The notes under the pieces: model-generated
Told to the model about the DNA's origin: nothing
Databases searched by the model: none
Seen by the model: the letters and a program-made list of their open reading frames with translations, nothing else
In this document: piece by piece, positions 1 through 9,275 of the stretch
How positions within the stretch are numbered: the stretch's first letter is position 1
How the letters are laid out: each line of letters opens with the position of its first letter
Made by a program: the position numbers and the translations under genes
NCBI GenBank assembly: GCA_964372085.1
Contig: CAYJPQ010000005.1
Coordinates: 27,449-91,448, forward strand
Origin: an uncultured Bifidobacteriaceae bacterium
GTDB taxonomy: Bacteria; Acidobacteriota; Vicinamibacteria; Vicinamibacterales; UBA2999
Direction: 5' to 3'
DNA length: 64,000 bases

Positions 1-377
1 TGCGCGTTTCCGCGTCCGATGCGCTGGGCAACACCGCCGATTCGGCCCTCACCGGCGACCTCGAGAGCAGCAGCTTCGACATCGACAACACGGCGCCCAC
101 CGTGGCCATCGGGGGCGTGCGCCGCGACGGGGCGGCCTATGTGGTGACGGCCGCTGTGCAGGACACCGACTCGGCAATTGTCCGCGCGGAGTACTCCGTG
201 GAGGCCCAGCGGTGGCAGTCGGTGTTTCCCCGTGACGGCATCCTCGACGGTCGCCACGAGGCGTTCGAATTGCGGCTCGATGCCGAGGCTGCCGGACGCA
301 GCCTCGTCATTCGCGCGACGGACGCACTGGGGAATGTGGGAACCGGCCAGGTGGTGGTGCGCGAGCCGGTCCGCTAG
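1..377 (+). CDS. C-terminal fragment of a large secreted Ig-like repeat protein (5' end outside window)
   Basis: Frame 3 is open from the window edge to TAG 375-377; recurring [VI]xAxDALGN motif (RVSASDALGNTA, VIRATDALGNVG) and DNTAPTV resemble bacterial Ig-like surface repeats. Confidence 0.5.
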   Translation, partial: RVSASDALGNTADSALTGDLESSSFDIDNTAPTVAIGGVRRDGAAYVVTAAVQDTDSAIVRAEYSVEAQRWQSVFPRDGILDGRHEAFELRLDAEAAGRSLVIRATDALGNVGTGQVVVREPVR

Positions 378-386
378 CGGGGAAGC

Positions 387-1292
387 CTAGACGGCGTCGA
401 ACACTTCGGTCCGCGGCTTGGGCGCCGGCGGCGCCGACGCTGGATCGGCGGCGGCCGGCTCGGGGCCGAGCGCACCCACCGGCCGCGACACCGTTGGGGT
501 ATTACGCCACTGGCGGCGCATCGCCCGAAGCAGGTCGTCGTCCTGCCGGCCCTTCACGGTGGTGCTGGTGAGCAGCCACACCATGTTCACGGCCACGGGA
601 TTGCCCCATCGGGCCTGCGCCGGTTGAAACTGCGCGCGCGACGCCTCGTGCAGCATCGCCAGCACGACTTCGGGCTTCACGTGCAGGTTCTGCGCCTGCT
701 CGGCGGCAATCACCTCGATGTTGCGGATGCGCCCTTCGCGGGTGACCACGGCCGCGAGCGCAAACGCCGCGTCTTCCTCCGACATCTCGATGGCGGCGCC
801 GGTGACGGTGCGCGGCGCCATCATGTCGGCGTCGAGTCGCAGCGGGTTGTCATTGGAGCCGGAGCTGGCGAGGAAGGCGATGACCCCGGCCAGCGAGTCG
901 GGCCGTTCCTGGTTGGCGGCGTGCAGGACGCTCGCCGATCCGATGATGCAGATGATCGTGGCCAGCGAGGCGCCCAGGCCCGCCCACACCAAGTGCATGT
1001 CCTGGAACAGCCCCTGCAGCTGGCTGCGCCACGACAGGGCATCTTCCACCTCGAGCCGCTCCACGACCTGGCCCGAGATGCCCAGGGCTTCGACGGCCGT
1101 CTGCGGCTGGTTGCCGGCGGCCGCGAGACGGATCGCGCTGGTCAGGTCTTCCAGTTCGGCGGCCGCGAGTGCGCACGCCACGCACTCGCCGAGGTGTCCC
1201 TGGATGGCCACCTGCTCGTCGAGCGTCAACTCTCCGTCGTGGAACTCCTCGAGCCGGTCGCGCACGTCGACGCACTGGCGGGCGTGCATCAT
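387..1292 (-). CDS. anti-sigma factor (zf-HC2 type) with one TM segment and extracytoplasmic C-terminal domain
   Basis: N-terminal HLGECVACALAAAELEDL zinc-finger anti-sigma signature; central TM LVWAGLGASLATIICIIGSASVL; ATGA overlap (1289-1292) with the ECF sigma gene. Confidence 0.8.
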   Translation of the reverse strand: MMHARQCVDVRDRLEEFHDGELTLDEQVAIQGHLGECVACALAAAELEDLTSAIRLAAAGNQPQTAVEALGISGQVVERLEVEDALSWRSQLQGLFQDMHLVWAGLGASLATIICIIGSASVLHAANQERPDSLAGVIAFLASSGSNDNPLRLDADMMAPRTVTGAAIEMSEEDAAFALAAVVTREGRIRNIEVIAAEQAQNLHVKPEVVLAMLHEASRAQFQPAQARWGNPVAVNMVWLLTSTTVKGRQDDDLLRAMRRQWRNTPTVSRPVGALGPEPAAADPASAPPAPKPRTEVFDAV

Positions 1293-1924
1293 GGCCGCGC
1301 CTCCCGCAGCTCGCCGCGCAGCGCCTGGCGCGCACGCGTGAGGCGCGACTTCACCGTGCCCACGGCCACACCCAGCGAGTAGGCGATTTCGTCGTAACTC
1401 AGGCCGTCAACTTCCCGGAGCACCACTACGGTCTTCTGGTCGAACGGCAGGCGATCCATGGCGCCCCACAGGCGTTCGGCCAACTGCTTGCGCGCCAGCG
1501 CCCGATGCGGTGAGGTGTCATCGTCGGGATGCCGGGGCTCGCCGTGCGTTTCCACGTGCTGATCGAGCGATACCTGGTCGGCCCGGTGACGCCGCCGCCA
1601 CCAGCGCTGCCTGTTGCGGGCCTGGTTGATGACGATGCGGTAGATCCAGGTCTTGAGGGCCGACTGCCCGCGGAACTTATGGATGGTGCGGAAGACGTTG
1701 AGGAAGACCTCTTGGGAGAGGTCGAGCGCTTCGTCGCGATCGCCCAGCAGGTGGAGGGCCAACTGGAAGACCATGCGCTCGTGGCCGGCGACCAATTCGG
1801 CGCAGGCCGATTGCTCGCCCGCGGTGCACCGCTCGATGAGCGCCGCCTCGCGGTTTCCGACTTCAGCCCACCCGAGTGCTCCAGCGTCCTTCACGAGCTC
1901 TTCGGCAAACAGTCGTAAACCCAT
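1289..1924 (-). CDS. ECF-type RNA polymerase sigma-70 family factor
   Basis: Region 2 (ALKTWIYRIVINQARN) and region 4 HTH (LSYDEIAYSLGVAVGTVKSRLTRAR); 211 aa; coupled to anti-sigma gene. Confidence 0.9.
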   Translation of the reverse strand: MGLRLFAEELVKDAGALGWAEVGNREAALIERCTAGEQSACAELVAGHERMVFQLALHLLGDRDEALDLSQEVFLNVFRTIHKFRGQSALKTWIYRIVINQARNRQRWWRRRHRADQVSLDQHVETHGEPRHPDDDTSPHRALARKQLAERLWGAMDRLPFDQKTVVVLREVDGLSYDEIAYSLGVAVGTVKSRLTRARQALRGELREARP

Positions 1925-2009
1925 GGCCAGTGTATCAAAATTAGAAACCGGTTCGGCCTGAAAGTTCCCGGGGATTTGCTAGGATCCGGGAAGGACCCCA
2001 AACCCAACC

Positions 2010-3395
2010 ATGCGCCGAACCCTGCTCGTGGCCCTGCTCGTGGCAGGCGCCGGCATTGCCGGTGTGCTGGCCGTGTTGGCGCTGGCCAACGAACGCGAGT
2101 TCGACCGCCTGATGGCCCAGGGCGACCAGGCCGTCGCCGACGACCGGCCCTTTCCCGCCATCGAGGCCTATTCCGGCGCCATTGCCCTCAAACCCGATTC
2201 GATGCTGGCGCACCTCAAGCGTGGCTCGGTGTACCACAGCCAGGGTGAGCTCGATGCGGCCCTGCGTGACCTGCGCACGTCCGCGGAGATCGATCCCAGC
2301 GCCCCGAGGCCGCTCGACCTGTTGGGGGACGTCAACGTCGCCCTGGGTAGGCAAGACCGCGCCGTCGAGGCGTACGAGCGATCCATCGCCCTCGACGAGC
2401 GCAACGCGCGCGCCCTCTATAAACTGGGTGTCGCCCGCTATCGGGCCGGCCGCGCCGCCGGCGCCGTGGAGCCCCTCGCACAGGCGCTCCGGCTCGAGCC
2501 CGATTTCGGCGAGGCTCACTACGTGATGGGCCTCGTCCTGCGTGACCAGGCGCAGTTATCCGCCGCGCGACAGTCGTTCGAAGAGGCCTTGCGCCTGCTG
2601 CCCGCCAGCCAGGCGGCTCGCGAGGCGCTGGCCGAGGTGCTGGCCGCCGAAGGCAGCCACGGGAAGGCCATTGATCAGCTCGAGGCGCTGGCGGCCCTGG
2701 ATGCCTCGCGGCCCGAGCGCCTGGTGGCCGTGGGCCTGGCCCAGGCGCAGGCCGGCCGGCATGACACGGCCGTCCTCACCCTCGGTCGCGCCGTCGAGCG
2801 CTTTCCCGAGGCGCCGCAGGTGTACGCCGCGCTGGGCCACGTGTGGCTGGTTGCGGCCGAATCACGGGGTGACAGCGTGGCGTTGAAGAAGGCGGTGGAG
2901 GCGCTCACGCAGGCCGCCGGCCGGTCCGACGCCACGGGCGACACGCTGAGCGAGCTCGGCCGTGCGTGGCTGCTGTCGGGCGACGCGCGCGCGGCCGAGC
3001 GCGCGCTGCGGCAGGCGGTGGCCCGCCTGCCCGTGCCGCCCGATGCCTACCTGCGGCTCGCCACGGTCACCGTCCGTGACGGACGCTACCAGGACGCGCG
3101 CGACGCGCTGATGAAATACGCCGTCCTGGTTGGGGATGCGCGGCCCCTTGCGGGCGTGTCCACGCAGATTGCGGACTATTCGCTGAGGCTGGGAGAGCCG
3201 GCCGAGGCCGTGCGGTGGTACGACCGCGCCATCAGCGAGGCCGGGCCCACACCGGTGCTGCTGGCCAGGCTGGCCGACGCCGCGCTGAAGGCCGGCGACA
3301 CGGACCGCGCGCGCCGGGCCGTGGACGAGGGCCTGGCCGCCGCGCCGGGCGATCGCCCGCTGCAGCAGATCAGGCGCCGCCTCCCCCGGCTTTGA
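2010..3395 (+). CDS. membrane-anchored TPR repeat protein
   Basis: N-terminal TM helix (LLVALLVAGAGIAGVLAVLAL) followed by many TPR-like units (AIEAYSGAIALKPD, AVEAYERSIALDERN, ARQSFEEALRLLP). Confidence 0.8.
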   Translation: MRRTLLVALLVAGAGIAGVLAVLALANEREFDRLMAQGDQAVADDRPFPAIEAYSGAIALKPDSMLAHLKRGSVYHSQGELDAALRDLRTSAEIDPSAPRPLDLLGDVNVALGRQDRAVEAYERSIALDERNARALYKLGVARYRAGRAAGAVEPLAQALRLEPDFGEAHYVMGLVLRDQAQLSAARQSFEEALRLLPASQAAREALAEVLAAEGSHGKAIDQLEALAALDASRPERLVAVGLAQAQAGRHDTAVLTLGRAVERFPEAPQVYAALGHVWLVAAESRGDSVALKKAVEALTQAAGRSDATGDTLSELGRAWLLSGDARAAERALRQAVARLPVPPDAYLRLATVTVRDGRYQDARDALMKYAVLVGDARPLAGVSTQIADYSLRLGEPAEAVRWYDRAISEAGPTPVLLARLADAALKAGDTDRARRAVDEGLAAAPGDRPLQQIRRRLPRL

Positions 3396-4182
3396 GCCGG
3401 CGCGGGTCGATTGCGTCCCGCAGGCCGTCGCCGAGAAAGTTGAACCCGAGCACCACGATCGCCAGGCACACGCCCGGAAAGATGGTGAGGTGCGGCGCAT
3501 CGAGCAGGTGCGCACGGCCGCCGTTAATCATCGTGCCCCAGCTTGGCGTGGGTGGCTGCACGCCGAGCCCCAGGAAGCTCAGCGCCGCCTCCGACAGGAT
3601 GGCGCCCGCCATGCCGAGCGTGGCCTGCACCAGCACCGGGGGCATCGCCACAGGCAGCACGTGCCGCACGAGCACGCGCCACGTGCCCGAGCCCAGCGCG
3701 CGCGCGGCCACCACGTAGTCGAACTCGCGCGCCCGCAGCACCTGCCCACGCACCAGCCGCGCGTACCCCACCCAGCCAATGGCCGTGAGGGCCAGCACCA
3801 CGTTGGTGAGGCTCGGCCCGAGCACGGCGACCAGCGCGATGGCGAGCAGCATCCCGGGAAACGCCATCAGCACATCCATCAACCGGCCAATGACCTGGTC
3901 GATGCGCCCGCCGTAGTAGCCCGACACCGCGCCGACGGCCATGCCCACGGTGGCCGACACGCCCACCACGACCACCCCCACCAGCAACGACACCCGCGCG
4001 CCCATCAGCACGCGCGCCAGGATGTCGCGGCCCAGCTCGTCGAGCCCGAACAGGTGCTGCGCGCTCGGGCCCTCGAGCCGGCGGGCCAGGTCCTGCGCGG
4101 ACGCGTCCCACGACAGCAGCCACGGCGCGACGAGTGCCGAGATCACGATGCCGGCCACGATGAGTAGGCCGAGGCGCGTCAT
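3370..4182 (-). CDS. ABC transporter permease, DppC/OppC family
   Basis: Typical binding-protein-dependent permease sequence; ORF-track ORF 3370..4620 trimmed to MTRLGLLIVAG start, giving ATGA overlap at 4179-4182 with the upstream permease. Confidence 0.85.
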   Translation of the reverse strand: MTRLGLLIVAGIVISALVAPWLLSWDASAQDLARRLEGPSAQHLFGLDELGRDILARVLMGARVSLLVGVVVVGVSATVGMAVGAVSGYYGGRIDQVIGRLMDVLMAFPGMLLAIALVAVLGPSLTNVVLALTAIGWVGYARLVRGQVLRAREFDYVVAARALGSGTWRVLVRHVLPVAMPPVLVQATLGMAGAILSEAALSFLGLGVQPPTPSWGTMINGGRAHLLDAPHLTIFPGVCLAIVVLGFNFLGDGLRDAIDPRRLKAGGGGA

Positions 4183-5108
4183 TCGAGTCGAATCCGTGGG
4201 TCGAGCCACCCGTACAGCAGGTCGGTGGCCAGGTTGACCGCGACGTAGGTCACCGCAATCAGCAGGATGCAGCCCTGCAGCATCGGGTAGTCGCGAAAGC
4301 CGATGGACTGGATGAGCAGCCGGCCGATGCCGGGCCACGCAAAGATGGTCTCGGTGATGACGGCGCCCGTGAGCACCGCGCCGAACTGCAGCGCGACGAT
4401 GGTCACGACGGGGACCAGGCTGTTGGCCAGCGCGTGCCGCACCACGGCCCACGCGCGCGAGACGCCACGGGCGCGCGCGGCGCGCACGTAGAGCTCCCCC
4501 AGTTCCTCGAGCAGGCTGGCGCGGGTCATGCGCGCGAGGATCGCGGCCAGTGCCAGGCCCAGTGACACCGCCGGGAGCACGAGATGCGAAAGGCTGCCGC
4601 GTCCCGACACCGGGAGCCATCCCAGTTCCACGGCGAAGACAATCGCCAGCAACGGTCCGAGCCAGAAGTTGGGAATCGAAATGCCGGCCAGGGAGAAAGT
4701 CATGGCGCCGTGGTCGATGGCCGTGCCGCGCCAGACGGCGGCCACCACCCCCAGCGGCACCGCCAGCAGGATGGCCACCGCCATCGCCGCGAGCGCCAGT
4801 TCCGCCGTCGCCGGCACGCGCTCGGCCAGCATCGTCGTCACGGGCTGGCCGGTGCGGAACGATCGGCCCAGGTCGCCGGTAACCGCGCCGCGCAGGAAGA
4901 CCCCGTACTGCACGAGCAGGGGGCGATCCAGGCCGAGCCGCGTGCGAAGGGCGGCGATGTCTTGCGGTGCGGCGCTCTCCCCCAGCATCGACTGCGCGGG
5001 GTCACCCGGCACCAGGTGGATCAGCGAGAACACCAGCGTCGCGACACCCAGCAGCACGGGCACCGTCAACACGATTCGCCGCAGGAGAAAGCCAAGCACC
5101 GCCGTCAT
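4179..5108 (-). CDS. ABC transporter permease, DppB/OppB family
   Basis: N-terminus MTAVLGFLLRRIVLTVPVLLGVATLVFSLIHLVPGDP and overall 6-TM layout typical of DppB/OppB/NikB. Confidence 0.9.
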   Translation of the reverse strand: MTAVLGFLLRRIVLTVPVLLGVATLVFSLIHLVPGDPAQSMLGESAAPQDIAALRTRLGLDRPLLVQYGVFLRGAVTGDLGRSFRTGQPVTTMLAERVPATAELALAAMAVAILLAVPLGVVAAVWRGTAIDHGAMTFSLAGISIPNFWLGPLLAIVFAVELGWLPVSGRGSLSHLVLPAVSLGLALAAILARMTRASLLEELGELYVRAARARGVSRAWAVVRHALANSLVPVVTIVALQFGAVLTGAVITETIFAWPGIGRLLIQSIGFRDYPMLQGCILLIAVTYVAVNLATDLLYGWLDPRIRLE

Positions 5109-5109
5109 T

Positions 5110-7443
5110 CTAATTCGAGGGCGCCTCGCCGGCGGCGCGTGTCTCGAGGTCGAGGCGAGCCATCAGCTTGGACAAGCCCTGGCGCGAGACGCCAAGGTCG
5201 GCGGCGGCCACCTGCAGGCGTCCACCCGCCCGCGCCAGTGCCGCTTGCACGTACCGGGCCTCGAACGCCCGCCGGGCCGCGGCCAATGACGACCGGCCGT
5301 CCATCGACGCGGCACGGGCCACGTGTCGCGGCAGCCCCTGCGGACCGACCACACCGCGCGGCGGCGCCGCCACCATGATGGAGGCCAGGACGTTCTGCAA
5401 CTCGCGGACGTTGCCCGGCCAGTCGTACGCGCCGAGGGCCGCGCACGCGGAGGGTGAGAGCACCGCGCGGCTGCCGGTGCGCCGGGCCAGCGTGCGCCAT
5501 ACGTGCCGCACGAGCAAGGGCACGTCCTCCAGCCGCTCGCGCAGCGGCGGCACCGCGATGCGCAGCACGTCGAGCCGGTATCGCAGGTCGTTGCGAAAGC
5601 GGCCGCCGGCCGCCTCCTGCCCGAGCGGACGGTTCGTGGCGGCCACGATGCGCGCATCCACGCGCCGGGTGGACGACTCTCCCAACCGGCGGATCTCGCC
5701 TTCCTGCAACACGCGGAGCAGCTTGGCCTGCACCCGCACGCCCAGTTCGGCCACCTCGTCGAGGAAGAGCGTGCCGCCCTGCGCCTCTTCGAAGAGCCCC
5801 ACTCGCTCGGCGACGGCGCCGGTAAAGGCGCCCTTGGCGTGACCGAAGAGCTCGGCCTCCACCAGGTCGTCGGCGAGCGCGGCGCAGTTCAGCGCGCAGA
5901 ACCGGCGGGCGCGCCGGGTGCTGGCGGCATGAATGGCCTGCGCCACCAGCTCCTTGCCCGCGCCGCTTTCGCCCTCGATCAAGACCGGGAACGGCGAGGC
6001 GGCCGCGCGCACCACGGCCAGTCGCACCGCCTGCATCGCGCGGCTTTCCCCGATGAGATCCAGCACCGGACCGGACGGGATGGTGAACGCGCGCGACTGC
6101 TCGCCTGCGGCGTGCACCGCCGGGGCTGCGGCCATCGCCACCAGGCGCGCCAGCCCGTGCACATCGTCAGGCGCAATGGGCAGGCCGAGGGGCCAGTGGC
6201 ACCACACGGCGCCCACGAGGGCGGAGCCGTACCGCACGGGCCAGGCGGCCTGCACCGATCCGATCCGGTCAATGGCGGGCACGGCCAGGCCCGTTTCGAA
6301 CGCCCGCACCGCCGCTTCGAGATCGGGCGCGCCGATGGTGGCGCCGGCCTGCGCCAGAATGCGCGCCACCCCGCGGTCGAAGGCCACCATGGCCACGGAG
6401 CTGGCCGACACGCGGTCGCGCAGCACGCCGGTCACCCGGCCCAGGGCCGAGGCCGGATCTTCAAGGTCCTGGCAGATGCCAAGCACGTCGAGAAAGGCCT
6501 CGGTGAGGGCGGGCGCCGTGGCCGGAGCGCGCGGATCGTGGCCGACGGCCAGCATCTCAGCGCGCAACACGTCGGCCTCCGCGCCCTCTACCTGTAGCAG
6601 GATGGCACGCGCCTCGAGCGCGCGTCCCTGGGCCAGCAGGCTGCGGGCCAGCGCACAGCGCGCGTCGGCCTGCCGGCTACCCGGCGGGGCCAGCACCATG
6701 CACCACCGAGCCGAGGCCTCGGCTTCGGTAACGCGTCCGGCCGCCAGGAGCTCGCGGGCCCTGTGGGCGAGCGAGTCGATGGGCGGGAGGCCCTCCCCCA
6801 GCGGGCCGGCCGGCTCCAGGCGTGACACTTCGTGCACCTGCAGGCCGGAGGTCACCGGATGGTCGCGCCACTGATAGTCGGGGGTGGCGGCCCGCACCAC
6901 GAGGTGGGGACGCGCATCACGCGTCGCCAGGCGGAACAGCGCGAAGGCGGCCTCGTGCGTGAGCCTCGCGTCGGTGGCAAAAATCACGAGCGATCGGTCC
7001 TTGAGCCACGACGGCCACCGCCAGCGCGCCTGCGCCAGCACCGCCCCCAGGGCGTCGGCCGCCAGCGGAACGAAGCCCGACAGGCGCGCCTCGCGCGCCA
7101 GGGTCCGGACGGTCCGGGCCCACGCAGCAGTTGACGCCTCGGCCACGTCGAGGGCCCGCGGGCGGCCGTCCCGGGCGTCGGCCAGCGCCGCGCGGAAGGC
7201 CGCGACGGTGTCCTCGGCCGTCGGCGCGTCGCCCATGGGGGCGGCCGGCTTCTCCCACACCTCAACGCGCGAGTGCGGCCGGCACTCGCTGTCGATGAGC
7301 CGCGACGGGCCGCGCACCGAGAAGAGCGCCGGTCCGGGCCGGCCGGACTTGCGCAGCAGGCGCCACTTGACGGTGGCGCCGGTGGCCAGGTCGAGCGCAC
7401 GGCCGCTCGCGACGAGATAGCGATCGAGCATCAGCATGCCCAT
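5110..7443 (-). CDS. sigma-54-dependent transcriptional activator (bEBP) with non-receiver N-terminal sensor region
   Basis: AAA+ sigma-54 interaction module: Walker A GESGAGKE, Walker B TLFLDEVAEL, GAFTGA loop (HAKGAFTGA), WPGNVREL, C-terminal Fis-type HTH (AAADLGVSRQGLSKLMARL); start trimmed from 7650 to MGMLMLDRY (7443; 7437 or 7431 also possible). Confidence 0.85.
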   Translation of the reverse strand: MGMLMLDRYLVASGRALDLATGATVKWRLLRKSGRPGPALFSVRGPSRLIDSECRPHSRVEVWEKPAAPMGDAPTAEDTVAAFRAALADARDGRPRALDVAEASTAAWARTVRTLAREARLSGFVPLAADALGAVLAQARWRWPSWLKDRSLVIFATDARLTHEAAFALFRLATRDARPHLVVRAATPDYQWRDHPVTSGLQVHEVSRLEPAGPLGEGLPPIDSLAHRARELLAAGRVTEAEASARWCMVLAPPGSRQADARCALARSLLAQGRALEARAILLQVEGAEADVLRAEMLAVGHDPRAPATAPALTEAFLDVLGICQDLEDPASALGRVTGVLRDRVSASSVAMVAFDRGVARILAQAGATIGAPDLEAAVRAFETGLAVPAIDRIGSVQAAWPVRYGSALVGAVWCHWPLGLPIAPDDVHGLARLVAMAAAPAVHAAGEQSRAFTIPSGPVLDLIGESRAMQAVRLAVVRAAASPFPVLIEGESGAGKELVAQAIHAASTRRARRFCALNCAALADDLVEAELFGHAKGAFTGAVAERVGLFEEAQGGTLFLDEVAELGVRVQAKLLRVLQEGEIRRLGESSTRRVDARIVAATNRPLGQEAAGGRFRNDLRYRLDVLRIAVPPLRERLEDVPLLVRHVWRTLARRTGSRAVLSPSACAALGAYDWPGNVRELQNVLASIMVAAPPRGVVGPQGLPRHVARAASMDGRSSLAAARRAFEARYVQAALARAGGRLQVAAADLGVSRQGLSKLMARLDLETRAAGEAPSN

Positions 7444-7531
7444 CCTGCTGCAAACGGATTGCCCGCGCGTGCGGCGTGATTTTGCTGGCCTTGTGAGGCA
7501 TGGGCTCCCGTGGGGGCGCAATTTCTTCGTA

Positions 7532-7537
7532 TAGAAT
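7532..7537 (+). promoter_or_regulatory. candidate -10 box (TAGAAT) 9 nt upstream of aroC ATG
   Basis: tatAGAATgcgaggcagATG; first gene of a plus-strand operon after a divergent gap. Confidence 0.3.
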
Positions 7538-7546
7538 GCGAGGCAG

Positions 7547-8749
7547 ATGCTGCGTTTTTTGACTGCTGGCGAATCGCACGGGCAAGGTCTCGTGGCCCTG
7601 CTCGACGGCGTGCCCGCAGGGCTCACGATCGACTTCGAGGCCATCACCACCGAGCTGCGCCGCCGCCAGGGCGGCTACGGACGCGGGCGCCGCATGGCCA
7701 TCGAGTCGGACCGCGCCGAGGTGCTGTCGGGCGTGCGCCGGGGCCGCACCACGGGCGCGCCGATCGCCCTGCTGATTCCCAACAAGGACTGGGAGAACTG
7801 GCAGAACACCATGCACGTGGAGCCGCAGGCGCCGCCCGGCGCCACCGGCGCGAATCGCGCGCCCGTGGTGCGGCCGCGCCCGGGTCATGCCGACCTGGCC
7901 GGCGCGCTCAAGTACGACCACGACGACATTCGGGACGTGCTCGAGCGCGCCAGCGCGCGCGAGACGGCCGCGCGCGTGGCTGCGGGCGCCATCGCGAAGC
8001 AACTCCTGGCCGCCGTCGGGTGCGAGATCGGAAGCCATGTCACCGGCATCGGCGCGGTGGTGATGGCCGAAGGCACCGCGGTGGCGTTTGAGCAGGTGGC
8101 GAGCCTGGCGCTCGACGCGCCGCTGCGGTGTGTCGACCCCGTCCTCGAGCGCGCGATGATCGCCGCGATCGACGCCGCCAGGGAGGCGGGCGACACGCTG
8201 GGGGGAACCTTCGAGGTGAGGGCGCGGCACGTGCCCGTGGGCCTGGGGAGCCACGTGCAGTGGGACCGCAAGCTCGACGGGCGGCTGGCGCAGGCGCTGA
8301 TGTCGATTCCCGCCATCAAGGCGGTGGCCATCGGCGAGGGGGTGGAAGGCGCGCGGCGGCCCGGATCGGGCGTGCATGATGAGATCGTCGCCGATCCTGC
8401 GGCCCCGCCCGGCACGCCCGTGCTTCGCCGACCCACCAACCGGGCGGGCGGCCTCGAAGGCGGCGTGACCAACGGCGAAGAGTTGCGCGTCACCGGCTTC
8501 ATGAAGCCCATCGCGACGCTGATGAAGCCGCTGCGATCGGTGGACCTCACCACCCTGCAGGAGGCGCCGGCCGCCATCGAGCGCAGCGACGTGTGCGCCG
8601 TCCCGGCGGCGGCGGTTGTCGGCGAGGCCATGGTGGCCCTGGTGCTGGCCGACGCCCTCGTCGAGCGCTTCGGCGGCGATTCGCTGACCGACCTCGTGGC
8701 GCGGGTGGCCGCCACGGGCGCGCGGTTGGGCGGCCGGCTTTCACGCTAG
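7547..8749 (+). CDS. aroC: chorismate synthase
   Basis: N-terminus MLRFLTAGESHGQGLVALLDGVPAG and full-length family resemblance. Confidence 0.95.
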   Translation: MLRFLTAGESHGQGLVALLDGVPAGLTIDFEAITTELRRRQGGYGRGRRMAIESDRAEVLSGVRRGRTTGAPIALLIPNKDWENWQNTMHVEPQAPPGATGANRAPVVRPRPGHADLAGALKYDHDDIRDVLERASARETAARVAAGAIAKQLLAAVGCEIGSHVTGIGAVVMAEGTAVAFEQVASLALDAPLRCVDPVLERAMIAAIDAAREAGDTLGGTFEVRARHVPVGLGSHVQWDRKLDGRLAQALMSIPAIKAVAIGEGVEGARRPGSGVHDEIVADPAAPPGTPVLRRPTNRAGGLEGGVTNGEELRVTGFMKPIATLMKPLRSVDLTTLQEAPAAIERSDVCAVPAAAVVGEAMVALVLADALVERFGGDSLTDLVARVAATGARLGGRLSR

Positions 8750-8758
8750 GGCCGCCGG

Positions 8759-9268
8759 ATGATTCGTCCGATTCTCCGTTTGGGCGACTCGGTCCTCACG
8801 GCGCCGGCACGACCCGTCGAGGCCATCACGCCCGACATCCAGGCACTCGTCGACGACATGATCGAGACGATGTACGCGGCCCCTGGCGTAGGGCTGGCGG
8901 CGCCGCAAATCGGCCAGTCGCTGCGGATCTTCGTGATCGACCTCTCGGTGGGCCGCGATCCCAAGGGGGTCATCGTGATGGTGAACCCGGAGTTCGTGGA
9001 ACGCGAAGGGATGCAACTCGAGGAGGAAGGCTGCCTGAGCCTGCCCGGCTTCACGTCCACCGTCGCACGCCCGAAGCACGTGGTCGTGAAGGGCCTCGGC
9101 CGCGACGGCGAGCCGCACCGCGTGGAGGGCACCGGCCTGCTGGCGCGCGCGCTGCAGCACGAGATGGATCACCTCGACGGGTGCCTGTTCGTGGATCGCT
9201 TGCGGGGGATCTCGCGGGATCTGATCGTGCGCAAGGTCAAGAAGCTGGCCAAGGCCGGCAAGTGGTGA
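8759..9268 (+). CDS. def: peptide deformylase
   Basis: All three PDF motifs: GVGLAAPQIG, EGCLS, HEMDHL. Confidence 0.95.
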   Translation: MIRPILRLGDSVLTAPARPVEAITPDIQALVDDMIETMYAAPGVGLAAPQIGQSLRIFVIDLSVGRDPKGVIVMVNPEFVEREGMQLEEEGCLSLPGFTSTVARPKHVVVKGLGRDGEPHRVEGTGLLARALQHEMDHLDGCLFVDRLRGISRDLIVRKVKKLAKAGKW

Positions 9269-9275
9269 ACACCTG

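Noticed and set aside
1925-2009. ECF-type promoter (minus strand GGAAC-N15-GTTTC) in the sigma/TPR divergent spacer.
   Set aside because: The spacing and the -10 element do not match any ECF consensus I can state with confidence. It is plausible but not supportable from sequence alone.
5110-7650. 5'-extended versions of real genes in the ORF track: 3370-4620, 5110-7650, 9968-11542, 20290-21948, 20937-21989, 30320-31936, 39631-41862, 47459-49735, 58134-59792, 59546-60298 and 60566-61909.
   Set aside because: The extensions overlap the upstream gene in another frame and are Arg/Pro-rich junk. Internal starts restore canonical N-termini and give 1- or 4-nt coupling overlaps with the neighbour.
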